From: an uncultured Verrucomicrobiota bacterium | Lineage (GTDB): Bacteria; Verrucomicrobiota; Verrucomicrobiia; Limisphaerales; CAZZJO01 | Length of the DNA stretch: 64,000 nucleotides | Direction: 5' to 3' | NCBI GenBank assembly: GCA_964654645.1 | Contig: CAZZJO010000007.1 | Coordinates: forward strand, 33,706 to 97,705 | In this document: piece by piece, positions 31,801 to 41,600 of the stretch | Position numbering within the stretch: the stretch's first letter is position 1 | Layout: each line of letters opens with the position of its first letter | Position numbers and translations under genes: made by a program | Notes under the pieces: model-generated | The model's input: only the letters and a program-made list of their open reading frames with translations | What the model was told of the DNA's origin: nothing | Database searches by the model: none

Positions 31801-32006
31801 TCCCCAGCGAAATTGCAAGGTTGCAAAAGGAACTCTCAAAACTAAAGAGTGAGATGGAAAAAGTTTCAAGCAAACTTAATAACCCAATTTTTCTCGAGAA
31901 AGCACCCAACGAAGTTATCTTGCAGCATCAGGAACGCTTAGCCGAACTGCAAACCACAATTGAACGCATTGAACAAACCATTGGCATGCTACAAAGTGCA
32001 AACTGA
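28824..32006 (+). CDS. valS: Valine--tRNA ligase, with a large internal insertion
   Basis: HIGH motif (PPPNVTGVLHMGHVLN), a CP1/editing region, WWGHRIPVWY, DVLDTWFSS, KMSKS (GRKMSKSLGN) and a C-terminal coiled coil. ATG 28824 is preferred over TTG 28815. Confidence 0.95.
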   Translation: MSEIPKAYDPRSVENRWYFYWESSGFFYANPASSKPAYSIVIPPPNVTGVLHMGHVLNNTIQDILARKARMDGKEVLWLPGTDHAGIATQAVVEKHLQKQGIMKHREELGREKFLHYVWEWKDKHGNIIIQQLKRLGCSCDWSRLRFTLDPEYSACVQKVFIYLYRKGLIYRGMRMVNWDPASRTAISDEEVEMIEVKGHLWYIKYPIIDPNTGEPSESAYLVVATTRPETMLGDEAVAVNPADERYKSYVGLKVLLPIKNKPIPVIADELVDPEFGTGCVKVTPAHDPADYQIALRHNLPFTIVIGQDGRMTANAGQKFAGLDRMEARKAVVEELEKLGYLVKTENYTHNVGYSQRSHVPIEPYLSEQWFLRYPAVEISREAVAKGIIKFHPDRWAKVYDHWMANIKDWCISRQLWWGHRIPVWYNRTAFQLLEKRLIPITITGIEPAITNHIRLPAKPIYNPNASKMLYVKDPSEITITNCELLTQATQDQIKQIFESALYLGLTPPGEDVGPVPIHNFLHALVYEGQLYALRIACVEENGMLYVRKLLLQRSETNPVLPRVQIQNLTQDNAPKNSVTVRELIPDPYRDPAFTLARMESPADGWEQDPDVLDTWFSSWLWPFATMGWTGNPEADAKNPTLNRFYPTTDLVTGPDIIFFWVARMIMAGYEFTGKPPFYNVYFTGIIRDKLGRKMSKSLGNSPDPLELIDKYGADALRYGTIRAAPLGQDVLFDEKDVELGRNFCNKIWNACRYRQLQGGPVLQPINPNLLTTDDRWILHCLNNAIVNLTSALEGYRFNEATHILYRFFWAEFCDWYLETTKAIVTRGKHQDKRLNTLAVIDFVLHASLRMFHPFMPHITEELWHSMGFAAHHDPDTGGKTIMFAPWPKPLSEQQIQFYGITSQVIDFIQHRNELVTKGRNLKRELNIPASKKVNFVLVPEVDLSEDDLEVLRILLGAETLEVVKVYQVLRGTPVIHSVLGSLYLPLAGVVDIPSEIARLQKELSKLKSEMEKVSSKLNNPIFLEKAPNEVILQHQERLAELQTTIERIEQTIGMLQSAN

Positions 32007-32026
32007 ATAGATGCCACCCTATTAAT

Positions 32027-32839
32027 ATGAGCGCTTGTAAGAGATTTACATTAAATAGTGCATTGGAGGTAGCCGTTGCAGCTGCACGCGCTGCCGGCCA
32101 GATTATGAAGGAAAACATAAATAAGCGAAAACGTATTACTGCGGTGACCTCCCATGACGTCAAGCTTGCACTTGACGTACAATGTCAAAAAACAATCCAA
32201 AAGATTTTGACTGACTCCTTTCCATACATCCCTATCCTTGGTGAAGAAGGGACTTTAGGAAACACATCAAGCGAAATGCGGTGGGTGGTTGACCCAATAG
32301 ATGGCACAGTTAATTATTCGTTCGGTATACCCCACGCGTGCACCTGTATCGCCCTTCAAATAAAAGACGAGACAAAAAAAGATAATTCAATGTACCCTTA
32401 CATCACCCAAATAGGTGTTATATACGACCCTTTCATGGACGAGCTTTGGACTGCAATTAAAGGCAAAAAATCTAAGTTGAATGGCAAGACCATTGCCGTA
32501 GGTAAACACACTGAACTCAAACATGCATTGGTAGCCATAGGCCTCGGCAAAACGTCCGAAGAGGTCTCTGCCAACTTACCATATTTTTGCAAAGTATCGC
32601 AACTCGCACTTAAAACTAGAATAATGGGCTCAGCCGGCCTCGGTCTCGCATACGTAGCCTGTGGCCGGTTCGATGTTTATGTTGAACGCGGAATCAACAT
32701 CTGGGACATAGCGGCTGGTGGGCTCATACTCGAATGCGCCGGGGGCGTGTTTTGGACCGAAACGACACCGAAATCAAACTTTTTTCGGATGATTGCAACC
32801 AACCAGGCACTGCTTAAACAACTTCCGCCGTTCGAATAA
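32027..32839 (+). CDS. Inositol monophosphatase family protein (SuhB-like)
   Basis: LGEEG, WVVDPIDGTVNY and WDIAAG motifs. Confidence 0.85.
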   Translation: MSACKRFTLNSALEVAVAAARAAGQIMKENINKRKRITAVTSHDVKLALDVQCQKTIQKILTDSFPYIPILGEEGTLGNTSSEMRWVVDPIDGTVNYSFGIPHACTCIALQIKDETKKDNSMYPYITQIGVIYDPFMDELWTAIKGKKSKLNGKTIAVGKHTELKHALVAIGLGKTSEEVSANLPYFCKVSQLALKTRIMGSAGLGLAYVACGRFDVYVERGINIWDIAAGGLILECAGGVFWTETTPKSNFFRMIATNQALLKQLPPFE

Positions 32840-33133
32840 AACGTCTAATGTCTGTTGAAGGCATACTTTTTTTACGTTAAAACTCTATTCGAGGTCAATT
32901 TCAACCTTACCTCAAATCAGATACAAGGCACTTAATCTCCTATACGCCACTTAAAAACCGCTTCTGTACGCGATTACCTATAATACGTTTTTTATAACAC
33001 CGTTCCCTTGCGTAAGTATGAGAGAAGCATTTTCAGGCCCTACACACCTAATTCCCCAGTTCTTTTTTACCTACTCACTGCCAAACTGTCACGCAGGAAA
33101 TACATTCCAACTTCCTTCAATGGTAAGAAAACA

Positions 33134-33829
33134 TCAATACATAAATTGGTGGAACTCTGGATTAGAGTGTAAGTACTGCTTAACTTGTTCAATCGCACGT
33201 GCTCTATGGCTAATTCGATTTTTCTCCTCGGCTGGCATTTCACCAAAGGTTAATTCATATCCTTCAGGTTGAAATAATGGATCATATCCGAACCCATTTA
33301 CCCCGCGTGGCTCGAAACAAATTTTCCCATGGCAAGTACCAGTGAACAGCTTTAGTGCTTGTCTTGCACCTTGAGTGTCATTGAACTCCAAAGCGAGCAG
33401 GGCAATAACGCATACGAATCTAGCGGTACGCTTTTCCCATGGAACCCCATTCAATAATTTAAGTAATAACGCATTGTTGTCTGCATCCGTGGGCCGTCCT
33501 TTACATACGCCCTTAATCTCAGCAAACCTGGCTGAGTAAACTCCTGGCTCTCCTCCCAAGGCGTCCACCTCTAACCCAGAGTCATCACCTAGAACTAAAA
33601 TTTGTCGCCACGGGGGTTGTTTTTTCGCCAAAGCATCTGCAACGCACAAAACCTTTTTTATGGCATTTTCCTGGAACGTAAGACCGTCTTCCGTCCAGCA
33701 AATAGACAAACCAAGATCTTTCAAGGTAAGAATCCTTTTTTGACAACCCAACAACTGAGAGATTTCTATTCCCTTGTGTGAGTTTGCTGTAGCAACCACA
33801 ATTGCTTTTCCTTCGTGCTGATTTTCCAT
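33134..33829 (-). CDS. rdgB: Non-canonical purine NTP pyrophosphatase (RdgB/HAM1 family)
   Basis: VVATANSHKGIEI, DDSGLEVDALGGEPGVYSARF, FGYDPLF and ISHRARA. Confidence 0.85.
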   Translation of the reverse strand: MENQHEGKAIVVATANSHKGIEISQLLGCQKRILTLKDLGLSICWTEDGLTFQENAIKKVLCVADALAKKQPPWRQILVLGDDSGLEVDALGGEPGVYSARFAEIKGVCKGRPTDADNNALLLKLLNGVPWEKRTARFVCVIALLALEFNDTQGARQALKLFTGTCHGKICFEPRGVNGFGYDPLFQPEGYELTFGEMPAEEKNRISHRARAIEQVKQYLHSNPEFHQFMY

Positions 33830-33844
33830 AATCGCAGCGAACTG

Positions 33845-35662
33845 TCACTTTATTTCAAATGTGGCCGGCGGGAACGGTTCTCGCTTTTCGATTTGCAGTT
33901 CTTGAAATCGTTTAAATGCATTATGCCGTTCCTCTTCACCTACTGCATCAGAAACAATGATCCGGCGCAATTCCACCAACTGTTTTTCTATGTGCCTTAC
34001 CCGCAACCTGCGAAGCAGATCCTTTGTAAACGCCTTAAGATCTGAAAAAATAGGTTGTTCGGTCCCCGCTGCGGTTATTACCGATCGGATGCTTTCATCC
34101 TCAAAGCAATCGAGTAGCGACCCAGCATCTATTACCACTCCTAATTGGATTCTTCGCTGAATTTCCTCGATTATCGCCCGTGCTTCAACGCTGTTTATCC
34201 AAGATATGTCCAAGTAACTGAGCACTGTGTTGGTAACCTCAGGACGATGCAATAACAATTGAAGCAACCACATCTCTTCCCTTGGCGGCATGTTAAACGT
34301 TTTTGCTTCTTGACCAGGTTCTTCTGCATCCAAACTTGGTTTATCGGTAAACATGGTTTTGTAAATTTTCATAAAATCCGTGTATACAGAGAGAGGAGTC
34401 AGACCTAAACGAGCTGCTGTTTTTGTGGCTATAGATTCTACTAACGTCACACTGCGTGCTTTGGATACCGCCTCCGCCATTTGCTGAATGACAGATCGTT
34501 TTCCCCGGTCAGAAGCTATGTCATTGGTAGAACAAAGCCGGTTCAAGTAGTAATCAAAAAACTCCATTGCATTATTAACTATTTTTTGAAACGCAGCTGC
34601 TCCATAAGCCAAAATAAAGCTATCCGGATCGTCAGGCGGAGGAATAACCGCTACTTTCACATTTAGCTCCGCCGCTAATAGTGCATCAAGTGCCCTGACC
34701 ATCGCCCGTTGTCCAGCCTCATCAGAATCAAAACATAATACAACAGTGTCTGTATATCTTTTTAAAATTTGGGCGTGCTCCGAGGTAAACGCCGTTCCCT
34801 GTGGTGCTACTACGTTTGGGAAGCCAGCCAAGTGAATTCGAATTAGGTCTATTTGACCTTCGCACACAATTGCGAACCCAGCATCCATGATAGCTCTACG
34901 CGCCTTGTCTAATCCATAAAACACACGGCCTTTTCGAAAGATTAGGGTTTCAGGGGAATTCAAATATTTTGCCACAGCGTTATCGGTGGTAAGAACTCGC
35001 CCGCTAAAGGCAATCACCCAACCTTGCTCGTTGCAAATAGGAAATATTACACGTCCTCTGAATCTGTCATACCATTCTTGGGTATTTTCACGCCTTATTA
35101 TTACTCCTGCTTCCTCCAAAAGTTGCAATGGTATTGAATTTGCCCTGCCCCACCGAACTGTATCGTCTGGTCTGTCCGGAGCATACCCAAGTTTAAATAT
35201 TCTTATTACTTGCGAATCGATACCACGCTTGCGGAGGTATTCTCGAGCCGGTTCAGCCTCAGATGCTTTAAGAAGAATGTTATGCCAATATTCGGTCAGC
35301 TTTTGATGCACATCCAAAAGCTGCTCCCGCTTTTCCCGCAAGCGATTGCTCTCTGGTGAAGTGTTTAGCTCGAGGGGTATACCAGCCCTTGCAGCCAAAC
35401 GCTTTATAGCCTCAAAAAAGCTAATATTTTCATATTCCATTATGAAGGTTACCACATCTCCACCTTTGTGACAGCCGAAGCAATGAAAAATCTGCAATCT
35501 TGGGTTCACCATGAAACTCGGGGTTTTTTCCCTGTGAAACGGGCATAACGCAGCGTAGTTACTCCCAACCTTCTTTAGCCGCAAATATTCCCCTATTACG
35601 TCCACAATATCGTTCGCGGACTTTATCTTTTCACGTAATTCTGGCGAAATATATGCAGCCAC
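33845..35662 (-). CDS. dnaG: DNA primase
   Basis: Zinc-binding CPFHREKTPSFMVNPRLQIFHCFGCHKGGD, a TOPRIM region (IVCEGQIDLI...CFDSDEAGQRA) and a C-terminal helical domain. GTG start. Confidence 0.95.
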   Translation of the reverse strand: MAAYISPELREKIKSANDIVDVIGEYLRLKKVGSNYAALCPFHREKTPSFMVNPRLQIFHCFGCHKGGDVVTFIMEYENISFFEAIKRLAARAGIPLELNTSPESNRLREKREQLLDVHQKLTEYWHNILLKASEAEPAREYLRKRGIDSQVIRIFKLGYAPDRPDDTVRWGRANSIPLQLLEEAGVIIRRENTQEWYDRFRGRVIFPICNEQGWVIAFSGRVLTTDNAVAKYLNSPETLIFRKGRVFYGLDKARRAIMDAGFAIVCEGQIDLIRIHLAGFPNVVAPQGTAFTSEHAQILKRYTDTVVLCFDSDEAGQRAMVRALDALLAAELNVKVAVIPPPDDPDSFILAYGAAAFQKIVNNAMEFFDYYLNRLCSTNDIASDRGKRSVIQQMAEAVSKARSVTLVESIATKTAARLGLTPLSVYTDFMKIYKTMFTDKPSLDAEEPGQEAKTFNMPPREEMWLLQLLLHRPEVTNTVLSYLDISWINSVEARAIIEEIQRRIQLGVVIDAGSLLDCFEDESIRSVITAAGTEQPIFSDLKAFTKDLLRRLRVRHIEKQLVELRRIIVSDAVGEEERHNAFKRFQELQIEKREPFPPATFEIK

Positions 35663-35709
35663 AGCTAAACGACTCCACCAAACTTATCCTACAAAGCTTC
35701 CTAGCGGGT

Positions 35710-36315
35710 TTAATAGGGTTGCCATTCGCGTAGCCTAGTCGGTTCAGCGCCAAGACGCTGAGGTTCGATTAACAACCATGGACACCATTTTTTTAATGTT
35801 TTTCCAGAAACCGAGTTCACAAATACCATTTCTTGGATCGTATAAAGCTTCGGGAAAAATTCGCTCCCATATATCTCTTTCATTGTTGCGCGATCGCGCT
35901 CAATCTCAGCGCTGGTATACTCACGAGCGTTTATCAGCGCTACCAGGAAAATTACAATGCACGCGTATCGAATTACTCCAGCAATCATACCTAAAAAATA
36001 TTCAAGCCGTCCAAAGATATCCTTATTTTGCAGCCACCGCTCAACAGTGTTCTTTACGGTTATTACAAGAAAAAAAACCGCAAAAGCAATCGACAAGTAA
36101 GCAAGCAAATTAGAATAAAACGGTTCCAGCATTGCAACCCGCCTAATATACTGGGCCAGCGGTTTGTACCCTAATGCCCCACCTATTGCTATCCCAAGCC
36201 ACTGAACTAACGGTACAAATTCTTTGGATATACCATTTATGCGACCACGTACAATTCCAAATATCAACACCGCGACAACAATCAAATCAAACCAGCCCCA
36301 TGGCAAATTTTTCAT
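35710..36315 (-). CDS. cvpA: CvpA family membrane protein
   Basis: N-terminal WFDLIVVAVLIFGIVRGRINGISKEF and four predicted TM segments. Confidence 0.75.
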   Translation of the reverse strand: MKNLPWGWFDLIVVAVLIFGIVRGRINGISKEFVPLVQWLGIAIGGALGYKPLAQYIRRVAMLEPFYSNLLAYLSIAFAVFFLVITVKNTVERWLQNKDIFGRLEYFLGMIAGVIRYACIVIFLVALINAREYTSAEIERDRATMKEIYGSEFFPKLYTIQEMVFVNSVSGKTLKKWCPWLLIEPQRLGAEPTRLREWQPY

Positions 36316-36628
36316 ATTTCACATTTTAAGATAAACCTACCTAGACGTCCAACATTGAGTGAATCACAAGACCTCGTGGTCAAACCAACCCAAGCTCAGT
36401 ATAACCCCGATATTTATCCCCCTGTGAAAATTTCCGCCATGCTATAAGGATTGGCACTGAAGCCTTTTCCACTTTCAGTGAGTGCGGTGCCTAATCTCCT
36501 ACTTCCCAATCCTTAATAAGGAGGAAATGAGGAAAGCAGTCATCAGAAGTTAAATAATCTCCCTGCTGCTAAAGGATATAGCCCTCTAACGTTTAAGAAG
36601 TGAATTTACCCCTCTACGCTGGATTGGA

Positions 36629-37384
36629 CTAGGGTTTTCCAACCGTTTTAAGCCGGTTTTCTAGGTCTTGAACAATTAAACGAACGTGATCAGTATCCGG
36701 GCGGTTGGGGTTTAACTGTAAATACGAATTAAATTTTTCTAAAGCCAAGGGATAATTTTCAAGGTGATAAAGTGCCAAAATGCCATAGTTTAAGAGAGCG
36801 GGTGCATATTTAGGATCGCTCTCGTAAGCTCTTTCAAATCCGCGAGCCGCCTCTGCATATTTTCCTCGTTGAATTTGGACTATGGCCCATCCGTTCCATG
36901 CCCGAGCGTAGTTCGTTCTTAGCCTGATTGCCTCCACAAACGCGCGTTCCGCGTTTGAAGTTTCCCTTAGGAGTAAGGAAGCATATCCTAAACCCAACCA
37001 CGCCCTGGCCTCCGAATCTCGCAAATGCACACAACTTGTAAATTCACGTTTTGCTAGATCTGCTTGCCGTAGAGTTAGATATAAAAATCCGAGGTTTAAT
37101 CTAGTTTCTACCACCTCCGGATTCAGCGAGATTGCTTTTCTGTATGCATAAACGGCGTTGGAGACATCCCCGGCAAGATGGTAAGCGACCCCGAGTTCAT
37201 GCCAAACAAGTTGGTTGGTTTCCATAAAAGATCTTGCTTTTAATAGTGTCCTTATAGCTCCTGAGTAATCCCCCGTTCGAATCCGCACTTGCGAGGTCCG
37301 CAAATACGATTCAACCGAGCTATGACAACCTAAGCAGACGAATAATAGGCACGAACAAATAACTGTTGGTAAACCACCCTTCAT
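36629..37384 (-). CDS. TPR-repeat protein, probable lipoprotein/secreted
   Basis: The signal peptide ends in LGC. Repeated 34-aa TPR signatures are visible (AYRKAISLNPE, AFVEAIRLRTNYARAW, GFERAYESDPKYAPAL). Confidence 0.75.
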   Translation of the reverse strand: MKGGLPTVICSCLLFVCLGCHSSVESYLRTSQVRIRTGDYSGAIRTLLKARSFMETNQLVWHELGVAYHLAGDVSNAVYAYRKAISLNPEVVETRLNLGFLYLTLRQADLAKREFTSCVHLRDSEARAWLGLGYASLLLRETSNAERAFVEAIRLRTNYARAWNGWAIVQIQRGKYAEAARGFERAYESDPKYAPALLNYGILALYHLENYPLALEKFNSYLQLNPNRPDTDHVRLIVQDLENRLKTVGKP

Positions 37385-37510
37385 TGTTTACCACAATAAT
37401 GGGAGGCACGGCGTTAGTCCAGTCCTTCACCAAAAATAGGGTGTTCCAATCCGATCTCCCACAAGTTTTTAATAGACATTAACAATTTGCGCTTCATTCT
37501 TTTAAACCTG

Positions 37511-38578
37511 ATGTTCTGCGAAAAAAGAAAAATTCATTATTCCAATTTGCTGTTTTTTTACTGTATTCTCGTAGCCTCAGCATCACAACCTGAACAGGAT
37601 ACGCTTAATTTTCCTAAATCATTGGTCCACAGTACCAACCTACCAATTCTCATCATCAACTGTCCTACAGCAACGGTAGATTTTATAGTAAACGACACCG
37701 CAGTGCGGGTTGCGATTGACACCGGCATATGCAAACTTACAGGTGCATCTGACATAACAAATGCGTGGAAACATTTTTTAAACACCAATGACGTTCTTGG
37801 AATAAAGGTATTTACAAAACCGGGCCCCGTTTGTGGCACCCGAGTGGGTTTGGTAGGTGCCTTAGTGTCCTCAATTATTGCCTCTGGCATTCTGCCTAAT
37901 ACTAACATCATAATCTGGGACCATAACAAGGTCGATCTAACAAATGCAGGGTTCCTTAACCTTGAGAAAAAATGGGGCATTCAGGTGCTGGACGTGCTTC
38001 AAACTGGGTACGATACAAATGTCTTCTACGAAAACCCAATTGTAGGAAATCTGAATTGGGGTGATGTGGAATTTGGTCTTTCTCCTGAGAATACGAGCCG
38101 AAAATCCCGCGTAACTCGAATATTATCCCAAAAAGTAACACGCCTGTTCTTAATCACTCCGTTAGTCTACCATCCACGCTTCGGCATTTGTGGGCACCTT
38201 TACCACCTCGGACTCCAAAGCGTTGACAATACACAACGTTTTATTAGAGATCAGGATACCTTTGCAATAGCAATCCCGGAAATATGTGCAATTGAGCAAA
38301 TTGGTGACAAATTAGCTCTTTGCATAACAGATGCGCTACTGTGCCAATATGAAGGTGGCCCCACAGGCCAGCCCCACTATGTTGTCCCATTAAATCAAAT
38401 ATGGATAGGAACTGATCCAATAGCGACGGACCTGCTGGGGCTGCAGCAAATACAAAAAGTTAGGCAAAAAATGGGGTTACCTCTGATCAAACGGAGTCTT
38501 CAGCTTTGGGAAAACGCCTCCTTGCTTCAGCTAGGCACTCTTAATACGAATAACTTGATAACGGTTTGGTTACCTTGA
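37511..38578 (+). CDS. DUF362-like protein with N-terminal hydrophobic leader
   Basis: VLGIKVFTKPGPVCGTRVGLVGALV... and a C-terminal YEGGPTGQP...IWIGTDPIATD resemble DUF362 from memory. The start is uncertain (TTG 37487 or ATG 37511). Confidence 0.45.
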   Translation: MFCEKRKIHYSNLLFFYCILVASASQPEQDTLNFPKSLVHSTNLPILIINCPTATVDFIVNDTAVRVAIDTGICKLTGASDITNAWKHFLNTNDVLGIKVFTKPGPVCGTRVGLVGALVSSIIASGILPNTNIIIWDHNKVDLTNAGFLNLEKKWGIQVLDVLQTGYDTNVFYENPIVGNLNWGDVEFGLSPENTSRKSRVTRILSQKVTRLFLITPLVYHPRFGICGHLYHLGLQSVDNTQRFIRDQDTFAIAIPEICAIEQIGDKLALCITDALLCQYEGGPTGQPHYVVPLNQIWIGTDPIATDLLGLQQIQKVRQKMGLPLIKRSLQLWENASLLQLGTLNTNNLITVWLP

Positions 38579-38631
38579 CCCCTGATGTATGATAAGTGCT
38601 TTCTAAATCTGAAGCAGCCCGAAAGATGAAC

Positions 38632-41600
38632 TCAATTCCCATTCCCAGTTCTTATGCGGAAAAAGGCTGTCGACACATGGTCCAACATATGTACCCAAAC
38701 CCATACTTCATCTCCCGTGGCTTTAATATAGTATGGTTGTCCATCTGAATCGGTTAATATTTGCCACGGTCCACTTGGATGCGGAGCCCACTCTACGCAG
38801 TAGTTGAGTTCCGGGATTGCATCCCATACCAGGTAAAAACTCCTAGCTTCTGGAATTAAAGTGACCTTTACCTGGGGAGGTGGACGTACTTCCACGTTAA
38901 ATGAAACAGAATTAGTTAGTTCGTTCCATCCTTCCCATCCCCCATCCCCAACACATACCGTGAACTCATGAGTGCCCACATCCTCATGAGTAGGTAGCCA
39001 AAAGACAGTCCCCTCAGTAGGACTAATAGTTGCTCCTGGTGGAGCACCACCAAGCCAAAATCTAAGCGTTTGAGCAGGCAAGTCACTATTCTTTATGTTC
39101 TGATCCTCCGCGTGGATATGAACTTCAACCGGCATTCCGACATGGACGATTAGATTGGGATTTTCCAAATAAAACCACGGCCTTTCATTCCTGGGGTACA
39201 CTCGAATCGTTACCGAATTTGTTTTCTGAATCCAACCGTCACTAACTACAACTTCAATTTCGCCCGATCCCACATTAGTAGGCCCAAAAGAAAACCACAG
39301 CTCATCCTCCTTTCCTTCCCACACAATACTAATTGAATCCTCGGGTATTACCTCTGGTACAGTGGAGAAACATCTAATTGAGATATTTGTTACGGGGTCG
39401 TCTATATCTTCTATGCGGCATTTCAAAATAATATATTCCCATACTTCGCTTTTAACTTCTGATGGCAATCCAGACAGCTCAGGCGGAGAGTTTATCCGAA
39501 ATTCGCACTTCGTTTCGTTATCTAGCCAAAATGGGTCGATTATGTGAGTCCTTATGGCAGCCGAAATGATTTTATTACCCGGGTGTAAGGCTAGATTGGT
39601 CAGAACACAACTAAATGCTTCCCCTGGATTTAGGTGAGGCACAACCCATGTCAGCACGTTAGAACCTACATTCAACTCGCCACTTTCCAACCATGCATCA
39701 ATTACGAAAACACCATCCGGAAAATCAAATTCAACTGCTAAATTTGTAGCAGTCACAGGCCCACGATTTGTCAAAGTTACCATATACTCAAAACAACTTT
39801 CGAGATTTACCACGTTGGTCGATACCATGCCGTGGATTGATAGATCACACCAACCCAACAAAACAGGATCAAACACCCGATTGGTTACTTCCAACTCCAA
39901 CGTCCAACCGCCTAATATTCCATCGTTTGTTTGCGAGGGGTCACTAACTACAAATAGTTGCCACTCCCCACTCGGATTAATCCCTCCGAGGGTATCCACT
40001 GCACACCAAACTGGGTCTTGAGGGGCCGGGGATGGAAATACCCCATTTGTTAACTCATCCCATAATGTTGGAGCATAAACCCCAGGCAAAAGGTCTTTCA
40101 GCCTTGGCAAACTTCGTGCACCAGAGGTTAAAGTAATTGTAACATTTGTGATGGAATTCTCGCTACCAGCACCCGACATTAACCCAATAGCATTACCATC
40201 GGGCGTTAATAACATTGCTTTCAATTTCAGGGGGTTGGCGGACGTGATTTCATGAAGCGTCACAGCGAACCTACTCAAATTGCCTGTCAGCAATGGCACC
40301 GCTATCGTGGATGGGTATAGATTTGGCTTGCAACCATTGAGATCCCAACCATCAACCCCACCAATAACATTTGTGTTTCCAAATCGGTAGATGTTAGTAA
40401 TTGTCTTTCCAAGTGGTATTTCAAAAGTCAACAATTCTTCGCGTCTTCCTGGAATAGCCACTTTTAACGTTCCTGCACGTTTTTCCCCAAATTCCCCAGC
40501 GACCAAAACTCGGCATTTATATTCATACGCCTCCCCGCTCTGCAGATTCACAAGTTCGGAGGGCCCATCGAAAACCCAAATACCCAGCGTTGGCATAAGC
40601 TGAAAGACTACATTGCTTACTGATGCGGGGCCACAGTTTTTAACCTGGCATTTCAGGACAACTACTTCACCGCAATCTATTGCCCCATTTTGTCTTCCCT
40701 GGTCGCATTCTTCAAAGTCCACTCGCTCTAATGCTAAAACGTAACCTACGTTATAAACAACCAGAGCAAAATCTTGATCCAACCCATCTCCAAATGCTGG
40801 CACCCCATCACCCGCGATATTAGCTGCCGTGACCGTAAGCACAAAATCCTTTCCTACACCGGGCGGCAGGAAAACACTTTCAACATTGTTGCACCTGTCA
40901 TACGCGCCTCCAGGAATGGAAAACGCGTTACTAAATACATTCCCTATATAAACTTCCCCTTCTAGCTCCAGCGTTAGATCCAAGTCATTAACGTATGCTG
41001 CTCCACCATTTAAAGTACCCGGGGCATCAGTCCAAGCTATGGTCACCCTATACGGTTTATTGGTATCTCCTACTTGGCCAATAAAGACACGGCGTTGACC
41101 GGTAGCTGTAAATACATCTGCCGCATGCTGATCACGTAAAAACCTTGGGACTCCATCGAACATCCTTCGAAGATCCAACGCCCCCATACCTTGAGCTGGA
41201 GACCACAGATTATCGCCCGCCCCGGACAAATATCGTGCCGAGTTAATCAAATATGCCTTCGTCATAGCTGCGCTAGGAGGCGGTAAACCGAGGTTCAAAA
41301 AATACTGTCGCAACAATGCGCAAGCTCCAGCCACCGCTGGTGCTGAATGACTTGTACCAGACGATATTGTATAAAACTCCTGGCCCGAAGGATAAAATCT
41401 AGCTGACCAATTTGTCTCGGCCCCTGGCAAAGCCGAAACCGCGCTGCCACTAAAGCACGGGTCAGCTGCGCCAAGCCCCCCATTCGGGCCAATCTTTCCA
41501 GCCTGAATAACCCCTCCAGTAATGTGGGTACCAGGAGCAACTAAATCGGGTTTCATCCTCCCATCTGGACACGGACCTCGGCTAGAGAAACTAGCAACTT

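Noticed and set aside
36518-36553. Strong Shine-Dalgarno-like AAGGAGG followed by an 8-codon micro-ORF (MRKAVIRS) on the + strand between cvpA and the TPR gene.
   Set aside because: The SD-to-ATG spacing is only 2 nt. The ORF lies on the strand opposite to both neighbours, and nothing else supports it. A nearby GAGGAAAG string also prompted an RNase P check, but the conserved GAGGAAAGTCCGGGC core is not present.
38632-38700. GlyGly-CTERM, PEP-CTERM or another C-terminal sorting signal on the giant subtilase that would link it to the adjacent rhomboid.
   Set aside because: The C-terminus (…HVSTAFFRIRTGNGN) has no hydrophobic anchor or sorting motif.
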